From the NCBI GenBank assembly GCA_051313645.2, contig JBNRSN020000026.1:78120001-78184000 (forward strand): a stretch of 64,000 bases of DNA, given 5' to 3'. The notes beneath the pieces were generated by a model, which saw only the letters and a program-made list of their open reading frames with translations, searched no databases and was not told where the DNA came from. The stretch is from Centroscyllium fabricii (taxonomy: Eukaryota). Shown piece after piece: positions 39,343 to 50,860 of this stretch. The position numbers and the translations under genes are program-made. Every line of letters starts with the position of its first letter. Positions within the stretch are counted from its first letter, which is position 1.

Positions 39343-40023
39343 AGAAGACACACCCCCATCTTCATCCAAGGGGCTGAGGTGGAAAGGGTGTCCAGCTTCA
39401 AGTTCCTCGGGGTCCACATCTCGGAAGATCTCTCCTGGTCACTAAACACCTCCTCTCTGGTTAAGAAGTCCCAACAGCGCCTGTACTTCCTAAGGAAGCT
39501 GAAGAAAGCCAGGCTGTCATCCGGCATCCTCTCCAACTTCTACCGCTGCACAATAGAAAGCATACTGACAAGCTGCATCACTGTCTGGTATGGTAATTGC
39601 ACTATCTCGGACCGGAAAACCCTGCAGCGGGTTGTCAAAACTGCCTAACGAATCGCCGGTACCCAGCTACCGTCAATGGAAAGCATCTACCTCAAACGCT
39701 GCTTACGGAGGTCTCTGAACATTATTAAAGACCCCACACACCCCAACCACAGTCTGTTCGCCCCCCTGCCCTCCGGGAGACGCTACAGAGCAATTTGCAC
39801 CCGCACGACTAGATTTCAGAACAGCTTCTTCCCCAGGGCTGTCAGCCTCCTGAACTCTAAAAAGAAACTCCGGTACCTGCACGCCTGATAATGTACTTTA
39901 CAGTATGCAATTTGCATGTAATTTATTTGCACTACTCTCGGGAGAGTCGAGTCTTCGTCTCGTTGTATTGTACTAGTACTCTGCAATGACAATAAAACTT
40001 GAATTGAATTGAATTGAATTGAA
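39343..40023 (+). mobile_element. Rex1/Babar-clade LINE 3' fragment
   Basis: VERVSSFKFLGVHISEDLSW..KKSQQRLYFLRKL..FYRCTIESIL, one in-frame stop, DPTHP..LPSGRRYR..SFFPRAV; aataaa-(gaatt)n tail. Confidence 0.9.
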
Positions 40024-40157
40024 ATGCTGTGCGAGTTACACCATGTCTGGATGGGGCGAACTCGATGGGTCTAATTGTCTTATCTCACATTTCTATTTGT
40101 ATTGTTGGTATCTAAACCTGTGTTATAAGTGTTGTGTATAAACAGTGCTATAGATAG

Positions 40158-40790
40158 ACACAACAACAACTTGCATTTATATAGTGCCTTTAACATCAAA
40201 AAATCCCCAACGTGCTCCCTAGTGTAATGAAAGTGGACTGATTAGGAGGGGTGACCAAAGACTTGATTGAAGAAATGGAGTTTGAGGTTTTAAAGGAGGA
40301 GACGGAGGGAACTGATGAAAGGATGAGGCAATACTCAAAAAGCCTGAGTCAGAGGAACGGAGTTGTTAAAGAGGATATAGGGTTGGCGGAGATTATAGAG
40401 ATAGGTGGGGGTGAGGTCATAGAGTTATTTAAAGATGAGGACGAGCCTTTTGAATCCAATGCATTAGGGGAAGGGGAGCCCCGTGTAGGTCAGTGAGGAC
40501 AGGGCTGATGAGCAAATGGCAATTAGTGTGGGACAAAATGGGTGCGACAGAGCTTTGCACAAGTCTGGAGGAAATGTGGCTGTTAATAAAGCATTAGAGT
40601 AGTCAAGTCCGGGGGTGACAAAGGCATGTGTGAGGGTTTCAGTGGAAAAGACGCAGAGGTAGGGGTATAGGTGGACAATATTGCAGAGAGAGGAGCAAAC
40701 AGTCTTGGTGATGAAGTATATATGAAGTCTGAAACTGAGCTAAGGGTTGAACAGAGCACCAATGTTGTGTAGGGCCTGGCACTGTATTGC
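40158..40790 (-). mobile_element. Diverged L2 fragment
   Basis: (aac)n tail; gcattagagtagtcaagtc = minus RLDYSNAL. Confidence 0.72.
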
Positions 40791-43117
40791 ACCATGAGCA
40801 TTTGTCATAAACTGCATGATGGTTACTGTGTACAAATGGGGCGGATGGGGGTGATTTCACACAACCTGTGCTGCGATCAGGGTGTATACAATGAGTTACT
40901 GAGTACAGACTGTTGTCTAATTGTGCACCGAATCAGCTCCACCTGTTTATCCAAACTGTTGTGTTCATTGGTTGTAGCCTTTGTTATGACAATTGCGCAT
41001 AACCGCCTTATTTAATTGTATATTACTGTGATGTAATCTTTCTTTGGAAATTGTGCATACATTATTATAAAATGTTGTACCAACAGCGCTTTTGTGTGAG
41101 AAAAACCTAGGCGTATTTCCAAAATCCCATGTGGCGGTAACCCCGGTGATTTGGCAAGAGTAGGTGAGCGAGGGAATGGGAGCGTCTCCACAGGCCGAAC
41201 CCCGAATCACCTCCCTCCGCTGGAAATTTCTGCGGGGGTGATTTTCCGAGGGGGAATCTCCCGCCGGTACGTTCTAATTTCGCCAGAACAGCCGCGGGAG
41301 AGTTTTTACCGCCAAAGTAACGGCGGAGCAGCCGAAAACGCATTTGATTCTAAGACGAGTTCAATTAAGAAGTTGTGCTTAGACGACGCAGAGTTTGAAT
41401 TTTGAAGCGTCTGCTATAAGGATGGGGAAGCCGGGGAGGAGAACAAGAGGAACCAGCAATCTGGCAAAGACCTCGGAACGCTGTAATATCCGTTTAGCAT
41501 TGAGCAGTCGCGATGAGAGGTGAGGGCGGTATTATCCAGTGATAATCCCACTACCCACAATGATTGCTCTAAATAAATGGAGCACTAATTATGCTCCAAT
41601 TATTTTGCCCGGACTGCGAGTTTGCTCTGTAATGTCACTGTAAATGAATTAATTCGGATCCGGTTTCCCTTGTATAGAGAGGAGGTGATCCCGGAAAAGC
41701 GAATCGTTCATTTAAATTGATAGAAACTGAGAATCTCTGTACTATTTCCAGTTAAGTGCACGCTGTTAAACCATTCATTAATATATTTTACCCACTTTAG
41801 AAGCTTTGCCACAATTACAGTAGGCATTATATCATTAAACGTTTTTTAATGTATGTCTTACTCTGAATTCTTACAGTTTAAATAAAATATCGTGACAAGT
41901 GGCTTATTTCTGAAAACTGAGCAATAATCTTTATGCTGTCAGTTGAGACAGTGTGCATTTGCTTTTCTTTTCGAAATACACGTTTATGTGGAGGAAATAT
42001 TTCGCCCACTAGTATACAAGCCATTTACACACAAGCAGCGGAAGCAAATGACGGGCTATTTTAGTTTGAAGATTTTACTTTTACGATCGAAAAATGTAGG
42101 CCAGAAAAATTGACAGCCCGGCTTTAAACTTCAGGCCGCACCCTGAGCAGAACCGATTTGCGGATAGCAAATGCTTGAAGTTCTAAATCTCCAGCGACCT
42201 TATTTTCTAAGCATCAATCTGTGGTGTGGGTCAACTGTGCAATTTTTCTCCTGGTAATGTTTTGAAATGACTCAGCGAGTTATTGCACGTTGCCCTCCTG
42301 TCCACTCCTGTTTCTACATCAACATTTTGACAAATTCGTGTTAAATCCAAATTACAGGCGCTGCAATATTTCTTTGCGCTGTAAACATTTAATGGTAGTT
42401 TTTAAGTCATCGTTTTCTGTTATCTGCACCGATTACGGAGTTCACAAGTTTTTTTTCTTGCACAAGTTTAAAGTTTATATTTACTTCTGGTGGAAATATC
42501 GTATAACGATTCTGTATTTCCCAGGGCGCGCGTAAACTCGATTTTTAAAAATGAATCGAGTGAAATTAATATAGGTTGGAGACCAGAAAAACGCGTCCTG
42601 TTATGTTCCAGCATCTCTGTGCTAACGAACTAATAACTGCACAGATCAGAAGGTTGTGTCGGACAGTGGTACAAGGAGGGGAAGGGGGTAGTACCTGAAA
42701 GTAAGAATGAACGTAAGGACATGTCCAAGTGACTCTTGGAAAAAAAGCATGACTTCCATTTTCTAATAAACGAACCTAATTATTAGAAAGACGAACAGTT
42801 TTCAAAAGTGTAAATCAGAGTGTGAAATGTAAAGGGTTCCTGCATATACAATATGCTTGTTCTTTGCAAAGCCCAAGAGTTTAGAATAAGCGATTCCATA
42901 TTTATATCTGACCCGGAAAAAATCATGATCGTGCTCTTGTGTGACTTCGAGTCACAAGAATCGTGTTAACTGTAACGGGTCATTTTGCTGAGACTGTGTC
43001 ACGCGTTCCGATTGCCTTGTATTTTAACCTTTACCGACCCAGGTTATCACGCACTCCGTCATTCCTAGTCACTGGCAAAGGGACCTAGAAGGAGACCCAC
43101 GTAACAGCAACAGTATA

Positions 43118-43345
43118 GAAAGAAAGTAACGCCTGTCACGACTACCAGACATCCCAAAGTGCTTTACAGCCACACTTTTTCAAGTGTGGTCACTGTTGTA
43201 ATGTAGGAAAGGCGGCAGCCAATTTGCACACAGCAAGCTCCCACAAACAGCAATGTGATAATGACCGAATAATCTGTCTTAGTGATGCTGGTTGAGGGAT
43301 AAATACTGGTTAGGACACGGGGAGAACTCCCATGCTTTGTTCGAA
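43118..43345 (-). mobile_element. Deu-SINE 3' fragment
   Basis: Matches 33160-33432. Confidence 0.8.
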
Positions 43346-44111
43346 AAACACCCGCTTCTAAGGTTAGGTTGTAAGGAGGCGTTTGAAGGTGAACAAGATG
43401 TGCAGCGTCACAATGACCAAAGGTTCTGCCACTGAACTCTTTTATTTAAAACCAAATAGAAAAACACCATTATTTACAATATTTACAAAAGAAAATAAAT
43501 CCCCACATTACCGCGCTTGAGCCGCGGCAAACTCCCAAGCCCCAATGCCCACAAGGTAGGGGTCAAAGTTTCAAGTCTGATGGCGCAGCGAGTGGGAGAG
43601 CCACATACAGTAGGTCTATATGGGAAGAGAGGAAGCTTCCAGCAGGGAGGTAGGACTGGAGGTTACAGAGGGGGAGACCATGGAGCGAATGTAAAGGAGG
43701 AACACAACAACAACAACAACAACCTGTATTTATATAGCGCCTTTAACATAGTAAAACATCCTACTGCGCTTCACAGGAGTATTATAAGACAAAACATTTG
43801 TCACCGAGCCATATAAGGAGAAATTAGGGTAGGTGACCAAAAGGTTGGTCAAAGGGTTAGATTTTAAGGAGCGTCTTAAAAGAGAAAACAAAGGTAGAGA
43901 GGCGGAGAGGTTATGGGAGGGAATTCCAGAGCTGAGGGCCATGGCAGCTGAAGGTACGGCCACCAATGGTGGAGCGATTATAATCGGCGATGCTCAAGAG
44001 GGCAGAATTAGGGGAGCACAGATATCTCAGGCGATATGGGGGTGGGGGATGGAGGAGATTACTCAGGTAGGGAGGGTCGATGCCATGGAGGGATTTCAAA
44101 ACAAGTATGAG

Positions 44112-44768
44112 GCTGGAGAGTTCAAACTGGGGAGACCAAACGCAGATTGGGTGACCGCTTTGGGAACACCTCCGTTCAGTCCGTAAGGGGGACACCGAGC
44201 GCCCGGTGGCCTGTCACTTTAATTCTCCATTCCACTCCCATTCAGACCTCACTGTCTGTGGCCTGTTGCATTGTTCCACGGAAGCCCAGCGTAAACTCGA
44301 GGAACAGCACCTCATCTTTCGCTTAGGCACTCTACAGCCCTCTGGACTAAAAATAGAGTTCAACAATTTTAGATCATAACCTCGGCCCCTACCACATTTA
44401 TATATATATATATATATATTCTCTCTTTTTTCAATCCTCACTTTCTTTTTTCTTCTCTCTGCCAGAGCCGTTCACACCTCTAGAGCCATCCTGTGTTCCT
44501 TGAATTTCTCTTAATCTCTCTCAATGTTTCTCAATCTCCCCTGCCTTCTATCCTCTCGCTGACCTTCCCTTTGTTCTTTCAGCCCCTCCCACTTTCCCCA
44601 GCCACCACTAGCTTTCAAATCTGTCCCCTCTCCAGTTCTGACGAAAGGTCATCGACCTGAAATGTTAATTCTGTTTCTCTCTCCACCGATGCTGCCTGGC
44701 CTGCTGAGTTTTTCCAGCGTTTTCTGTTGTTATTTCGGATTTCCAGTATCCGCAGTATTTTGCTATCA
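44112..44768 (+). mobile_element. Penelope-like element (family B): GIY-YIG endonuclease C-terminus, 3' region and hammerhead motif
   Basis: GETKRRLGDRF/EHLRSV..PVACHFNS..HSHSDL..RKLEEQHLIFRLGTLQPSGL..EFNNF (one frameshift); tatgag duplicated. Confidence 0.88.
44634..44670 (+). ncRNA. Minimal type I hammerhead ribozyme motif
   Basis: agtt-CTGACGA-a-aggtc/atc/gacct-GAAA-tg-TT-aatt; ACGT palindrome of the 30648 copy is ATGT here. Confidence 0.62.
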
Positions 44769-45039
44769 TATGAGAATTTTGAAATCGAGGCGCTGCTTAA
44801 CCCAGTGTAGGTCAGCGAGCACAGGGGTGATGGGTGAATGGGACTTGGTGCGAGTTAGGACACAGGCAGCCGAGTTGTGGATGACCTCAAGTTCACATGG
44901 GGATTCATTAACCGATGCGCGGCGAGAATGCGGCCCAGTGTGGAACAACGGGCACGGATGATAGGAAGGCTTGAACTGCAGCCTAGAGGTGACTCTCCAA
45001 TCTGTTTCTGTATCGCCCATGGGCTCCCAGATTGAGCTA

Positions 45040-45717
45040 ATTCAATTAAATTCAATTCAATTCAAATTACTTTATTGGCATGACAAGATACATCTTATGT
45101 TGCCAAAGCACAGAAAAAGGACATATACAATTGAACATACAAACGCAGGTCCAGACATACAGTGAATGGATAAATATGCAAACGAATACATAAATACACC
45201 CATATAAATCTCATATAACATACAAATGCAGAACTAGACATACAATGAATGGATAGCTATGCAAACACATACATATATACCCACATATAAATCTCCTATG
45301 CTCTTCTTAGCTTCAGTGGTCACTGGTTGTCCCTCTGCTTATGGCAAGCTGTGACGTAGTTTTGCCGCTAATTTTACACAGTCCCTCTGTTCCCCCAATA
45401 GATATGGGAGTTTTTGGTGGTCGTTCAAATTTTTGAATTCAGGGCATGTTTTTATGAATTTTGGGTAGAAATTCCCCCTTATGCCCTGATAGTTTTCACA
45501 TGTTGTGAGGAAATGCAGCTCTGTCTCCACCACTCCCTGACTGCAGTGGGAGCACAGCCTTTCCTCTCTGGGCAGCCAAGTCTGTCTGTGTCTGCCTTTT
45601 TCGATGGCTAGACTGTGCTCACTAAGTCTGTACATTGTCAGGGTTTTTCTCAGTTTGCTATCTTTCACCATGGTCAGGTAATCAGCCATGGTGTACTGTC
45701 TGTTTAGGGCCAAATAT
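45040..45717 (-). mobile_element. RTE-X-like LINE 3' fragment with C-terminal CCHC knuckle
   Basis: ORF 45339-45713 YRLSEHSLAIEKGR..ERLCSHC..VETELHFLTTC; (gaatt)n tail; ~83-bp tandem duplication in the 3' UTR. Confidence 0.75.
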
Positions 45718-45947
45718 TCATAGGTTGTGCCTATTCAGTGCGACTCTGGCAGATACAATTCTGTAACAGAATCCCCTGCCCCTCCCATCCAATTTAAAAA
45801 TGAATAGAAAACGTCTGAGTTTCTTAACTTCGATGTTTTCTCCTAATTGTCTTGCAACCTTTAAGGAGTAATTTAAGAATACAAAAAGTAAGAGCAGGAG
45901 TAGACCATCCGACTCCTCCATTTAATAAGATCATGGCTAACCTTCGG

Positions 45948-46424
45948 AACTGCCGTGGCTCAGTGGGTTGCTCTCTCTCTCGCCTTTGAGTCAGAAGGTT
46001 GTGGTTTTCAAGCCCCCACTCCAGAGACTTGAGCACAAAGATCTAGGCTGATACTCCCAGTGCAGTATTGAGGGAGTACCGCACTGTCAGAGGTGCCGTC
46101 TTTGGATGAGACGTTAAACCGAGGCCCTGTCTGCTCTCTCAGGTGGGTGTAAAAGATCCCATGGCACTATTTCGAAGATGAGCAGGGGGAGTTCTCCCCG
46201 GTGTCCTGGGCCAATATTTATCCCTTAACCAACATCACTAAAAAACAGATTATCTGGTCATTATCACATTGCTGTTTGTGGGGTCTTGCTGTGTGTGAAT
46301 TGTCTGCCGCGTTTCCTACATTACAACAGTGGCTACACTTCAAAGAATTACTTAATTGGCTGTAAAGCGCTTTGGGACACCCGGTGGTCGTGAAAGGCGC
46401 TATAGAAATGCAATTATTTCTTTC
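45948..46424 (+). mobile_element. Full-length Deu-SINE (SacSINE1-like) inserted in a minus-strand CR1 tail (45880-46700)
   Basis: tRNA-like head gtggctcagtgg, Deu domain ggatgagacgttaaaccgaggccc..aaaagatcccatggcact, L2-type tail aaaggcgctatagaaatgc. Confidence 0.88.
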
Positions 46425-47736
46425 TACCTCAACTTCGCTTTCCCGCCCGATCCCCATATCCCTCGATTCCCTTAGTGCCAAACAATCTATCCATCTCATC
46501 CTTGAATATACTCAGTGACTGAGCCCCCACAGCCCTCTGGGGCAGAGAATGCCAAAGATTCACCACCCTCTGTGTGAGTCCTCATCTCAGTCCTCAATGG
46601 CCGACCCCTTATCCTGAGACTATGCCCCCTGGTTCCAGACTCTCCGGCCAGGGGGGAACAACCTCTCAGCATCGACCCTATCAATCCCCCTCAGAATCTT
46701 CTGTTTAAATTTAGGATTTGCTAGGGGGAGGAGGCTGGTGCTTTGTGTGATGTGCCTGTGTGTAATGCAGTTATCTGATAGACAGCGTGATAGATGCAAA
46801 CCCATTCCCAGCGGGTGAAGTAAGAACTATCAATAGCCCCCAAAAATAACTAAACTGAAGGAAGAGCGGGGGACGGTGCGAGGCCTGAATTGCGACGGTC
46901 TCTGTGCGATTTGGGTAATCGAGCCGGGAAACCTTCATCTGGTTGGGATTTCTCACCGATTTCATCTTTATAATTCGCTAGAGAGACCAACCAAAGGAGA
47001 TATTATGCAAAGCAGAAATGAAAATAACCCAGCGGGCCCGAGCCGTTTAATTAAAGAATTAACAGGCGGAGATAGGCATGGGGACCTTGTGTTTGGCCTC
47101 GCCCAGGGCCCGCTTTGTGTTGAGCTGGTAGATTCAGACTTCTTTTTTAACGGTTCTGGAGTATCCCGCAGTGCAGTGTAAAAATTTAAGGATTTATGCC
47201 GCGTTCAGCTCAAATATAACTGGGCGCGAATGCGATCCCTTTACTACAGTTTATCTGTCTTTTGAAAGGGGTTAATGCAAACCGCATGTACCCGAGAAAG
47301 GAATTCGTTTATGGGACGTGACAAACTGCGCAGAAATACCTGGCTAGATTCTCCGCAACATTTAGATTTTACGGGTAGTGCTATAATAAGGAGCAACAGA
47401 ATAACAATGATTAACAATGTGCGACGCATAAGATGGGCCTTGTCCGGTTAAAGGACAGGTGGGAGCTGGATAGAACTGAGAAAATACCGTCAATGCCCAG
47501 TACAGGCAACGTATGAAAAATATAGAGAAACCGCGTTGACGGCTGTGGGATTTCACGTTGCACTCACCCTAAAGTTGTAGCGGAAACCCGGAGTCAGTTA
47601 GCAACATGATTCGGGAGTGAAGCAGGTTTAAATTAGGGTTGCATGAGGAGTAGTCAACTTGGCACTTTTCTGCCCATTATGGAGGGGGGGGGGGTGCTGG
47701 GGTGCGGGGCCCAAAGCTGGAATACCCTGAAGTTCA

Positions 47737-48407
47737 GTGCAAGAAGTCACACAACAACAGGTTATAGTCCAACAGTTTTATATTAAATCACAAGCTTTCG
47801 GAGCGTCAGCCCTCTGGGGCAGAGAATGCCAAAGATTCACAACCCTCTGTATGAAGAAATTCCTCCTCATCTCAGTCCTCAATGGCCGACCCCTTATCCT
47901 GAGACCATGCCCCCTGGTTCCAGACTCTCCGGCCAGGGGGAAACAGCCTCTCAGCATCGACCCTGTCAATCCCCCTCAGAATCACCTTCGTCAGGTGCTC
48001 CGGTTTCCTCCCACAGTCCAAAGATGTGCGGGTTAGGTTGATTGGCCAGGATAAATTGACCCTTATAGTGTTAGGGGGATTAAAATGTGTGGGGTTACGG
48101 GGGTGGGGTGGGATGTGTGTCAGTGCAGGCTCGATGGGGATCGAGGGATATGGGGAGGGGGCAGGGGCAGGGGTGGGGTACTGGGTTTGGATGATCAGCC
48201 ATGATCTCATTGAATGGCGGAGCAGGCTCGAAGGGCCGAATGGCCTACTCCTGCTTCTAGTTTCTATGTTTCTATGTTTCTAGAAGAAGGGGTAGACGCT
48301 CCGAAAGCTTGTGATTTAAAATAAAACTGTTGGACTATAACCTGGTGTTGTGTGACTTCTTGCATTTGTCCACCCCAGTCCAACACCGGCAGCTCCACAT
48401 CATGGCT
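47737..48407. mobile_element. Penelope family A inverted repeat with CR1 (47807-47983) and HE1 (47994-48281) fragments at its centre
   Basis: Arms ~47738-47807 and ~48295-48363 are reverse complements. Confidence 0.85.
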
Positions 48408-48782
48408 ACTGAAGATTATTGGGGGTGCAGGGCTATGCAGCGACTTTGAGCTTGCGTTCAGTAGAGTGTTATGGCCAGAACTGACTCCCAAGGAAAGCAG
48501 AGTGAATTTCCTTTCACAAGGGAGCCCCCTCCAATGTGCTCCAGTGTCAGGTTGGGCCCTGACTCCCCGTTCAAGCTTCATTATGGCAATAACAGCAGCA
48601 TGAGTGTGAAGGGGACCCGCTTAGTCCCGGCGCTACAGTTGTTGTGTAAATACATGCGAGCACTACCTTGCTTGGGTGCCAGTCAGACTCGGGCTCTGGA
48701 TTTACTCTCCAACGTTGCCGCAGTATTGGAGTCCTGCTCTCTCATTCTTTGTCTTTGCTTCCGTTTTAATTTATTGAGCAAT

Positions 48783-49227
48783 ATCGCCCCGTGCTCGCTG
48801 ACTTACATTGGCTTCCGATTAAACAAGCCTCGATTTTAAAATTCTCGTTGTTGTTTACAAATCCATGGCCTCGCCCCTCCCTATTTCTGTAAGCACCTCC
48901 AGCCCCACAACCCCCAATCCCCCCCAGATTTCTGCGCTCCTCCAATTCTGGCCTCTTGCCCATCGCCAATTTCAATCGCTCAACCATTGGCGGCCGTGCC
49001 TTCAGCTGCCTGGGCCCCAAGCTCTGGAATTCACTCCCTCAACCTCTCCGCCTCTCTCTCCTCCTTTAAGACGCTCCTTAAAACCTACATATTTGAACAC
49101 GTACCTGTCCTAATATCTCCTTATGTGGCTCGGTGTGAAATTGTGTTTTATAACGATCCCTTGACGCGCCTGGGGACGTTTTACTACGTTAAAAGGCGCT
49201 ATATAAATGCAAGTTGTTGTTGTTGTT
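48783..49227 (+). mobile_element. L2 3' fragment
   Basis: Reverse complement of 3962-4428; ends aaaggcgctatataaatgcaa(gtt)n. Confidence 0.85.
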
Positions 49228-49542
49228 ATAAATGCAAATTGTTATTTTATGAACAAGGAGCCAGGCCAGCGATCTGATTCCATATTGACACGGCGGCTTC
49301 AAAGTGAAGAGGGGCTGGTTAAATCTGAATTGCCTAAACCTTGGACAAGTGTAACCGAGCTGTCATCATTGCAGCAAACCCAGGTCCAATTGGCTCCCAG
49401 TTGATCGTGCACAGTGTGTAAAATCAAGCTAAAAGCACCGGTTTACAATTTCACCAGAACTAACGGGAAGAGGCATTGAACGCATCTGCCATGAGGCCAC
49501 ACATAACAACTTGAGCAATTTTTCTCTCCCTCGTGAATTTTA

Positions 49543-50860
49543 GAATAGGAGCAGGAGTGGGCTATTCGGCCCCTCGAGCCTGCTCCGCCATCCATTCAGA
49601 CCATGGCTGATCTTTGACCTCAACTCCACTTTCCCGCCCGATCTCCATATCCCTCGATTCCCCATGAGTCCAAAAATCCATCGATCTCAGCCTTGAATAA
49701 AGTCAACGACTGAGCATCGACATAAAAGTTGATTTAAAAAAATGTTGACAATTAGGATCACAAGAAATATAAAAGAAAAAAATAGCCTTACTGATATAGA
49801 GAATAGATTAACAATGTACATATCAAATATATAGCTAAAAGTGGTTATTGATCTCGATGTGCAATAGCTACTAGATTAAATATCTGTATTAGATGTTATG
49901 AGATGAATGTTCAATCCATCATCTCACAGTTGTAAAAATCACATAAAATACACATCAAATTTTCCCAGCATTGCTGATTAAAGATATATAAATACTGGAG
50001 GGTACATTTTTCAAGATAAGGACATAATAACGTAAGAAATAGGAGCAGGGGCTGGCCATACGGCCCTAGAATCCAAAAACCTATCGATCTCTGTCTTAAA
50101 TATCGATTCAGCACCCACAGCCCGTTGGGGTAGAGAATTCCAAAGATTCACCACCCTCTGAGTGAAGAAATTCCTCCTCATCTCAGTCTTAAATGGCCGA
50201 CCCCTTATCGTGAGACTGTGACCCCTGGTTCTGGGCTCTCCAGCCAGGGGAGTTTGTAAAATTGGTTGATAGTTGTTTTTAAAAAATTAACAAATTCGAA
50301 CAGTCAATTTCAACGAGAGTTGCTTGATTCACGTCTAGGGCACGCTGGATTAACCATGGATAACAACCAGCCAACCGCTGATGGGACGAAGCAGCCCATA
50401 CCTTCGCCAGTTGTAATATATATTTACTGGAATAATAGTGCTTGAGTATTTGTAGAAGTCACTCGAAATGTATGCATTATTACGGTACAGTATAACAGTG
50501 GGGAGAAATATTGCTAACTTTCTTCAAATAGAAAAACGACTTGCAATGTCTTTTCTTTTTCCACTGGACCTATGGCAAGGGAACATAATCCTAAAATCAG
50601 AGCCAGGCTAATCAGGAGAGAAGTTAGGACATAATTCTTCAAACAAAGGGTGGTAGAAGTGGGAACCTCCCTCCCACAAAAAGCAGTAGATGCGGGGGCT
50701 GAACTAATCATTTTAAATCGGAGATCGATAGATTTTTGCTGGACAAGGGTATAAAAGGATATGGCGCCAAAGCAGACGGATGGAGTTAAGATATAGATCA
50801 GCCGTGATCTCATCAAATGGCGGAACGGACTCGAGGGGCTGAATGTTCCTGTGTTCCGAG
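49543..50860. mobile_element. Cluster of short CR1 tail remnants (49543-49720 -, 50030-50250 -, 50575-50860 +)
   Basis: aataggagcagg, agaattccaaagattcaccaccctctg, gatcagccgtgatctc motifs. Confidence 0.72.

Larger units (their letters stand above)
43704..44895 (-). mobile_element. L2 3' fragment split by a Penelope insertion
   Basis: L2 stops at aacaagtatgag (~44111) and resumes at tatgagaattttgaaatc (~44769). Confidence 0.85.

Noticed and set aside
39379-39648. Possible ALKBH8-like host exon
   Set aside because: Segment is the C-terminal part of a Rex1/Babar RT with a stop codon and LINE tail
48408-48600. Weak Evx2-like N-terminal words on minus strand and Hox13-like words on plus strand
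   Set aside because: Needs several gaps; motifs out of order; no linked homeobox exon found
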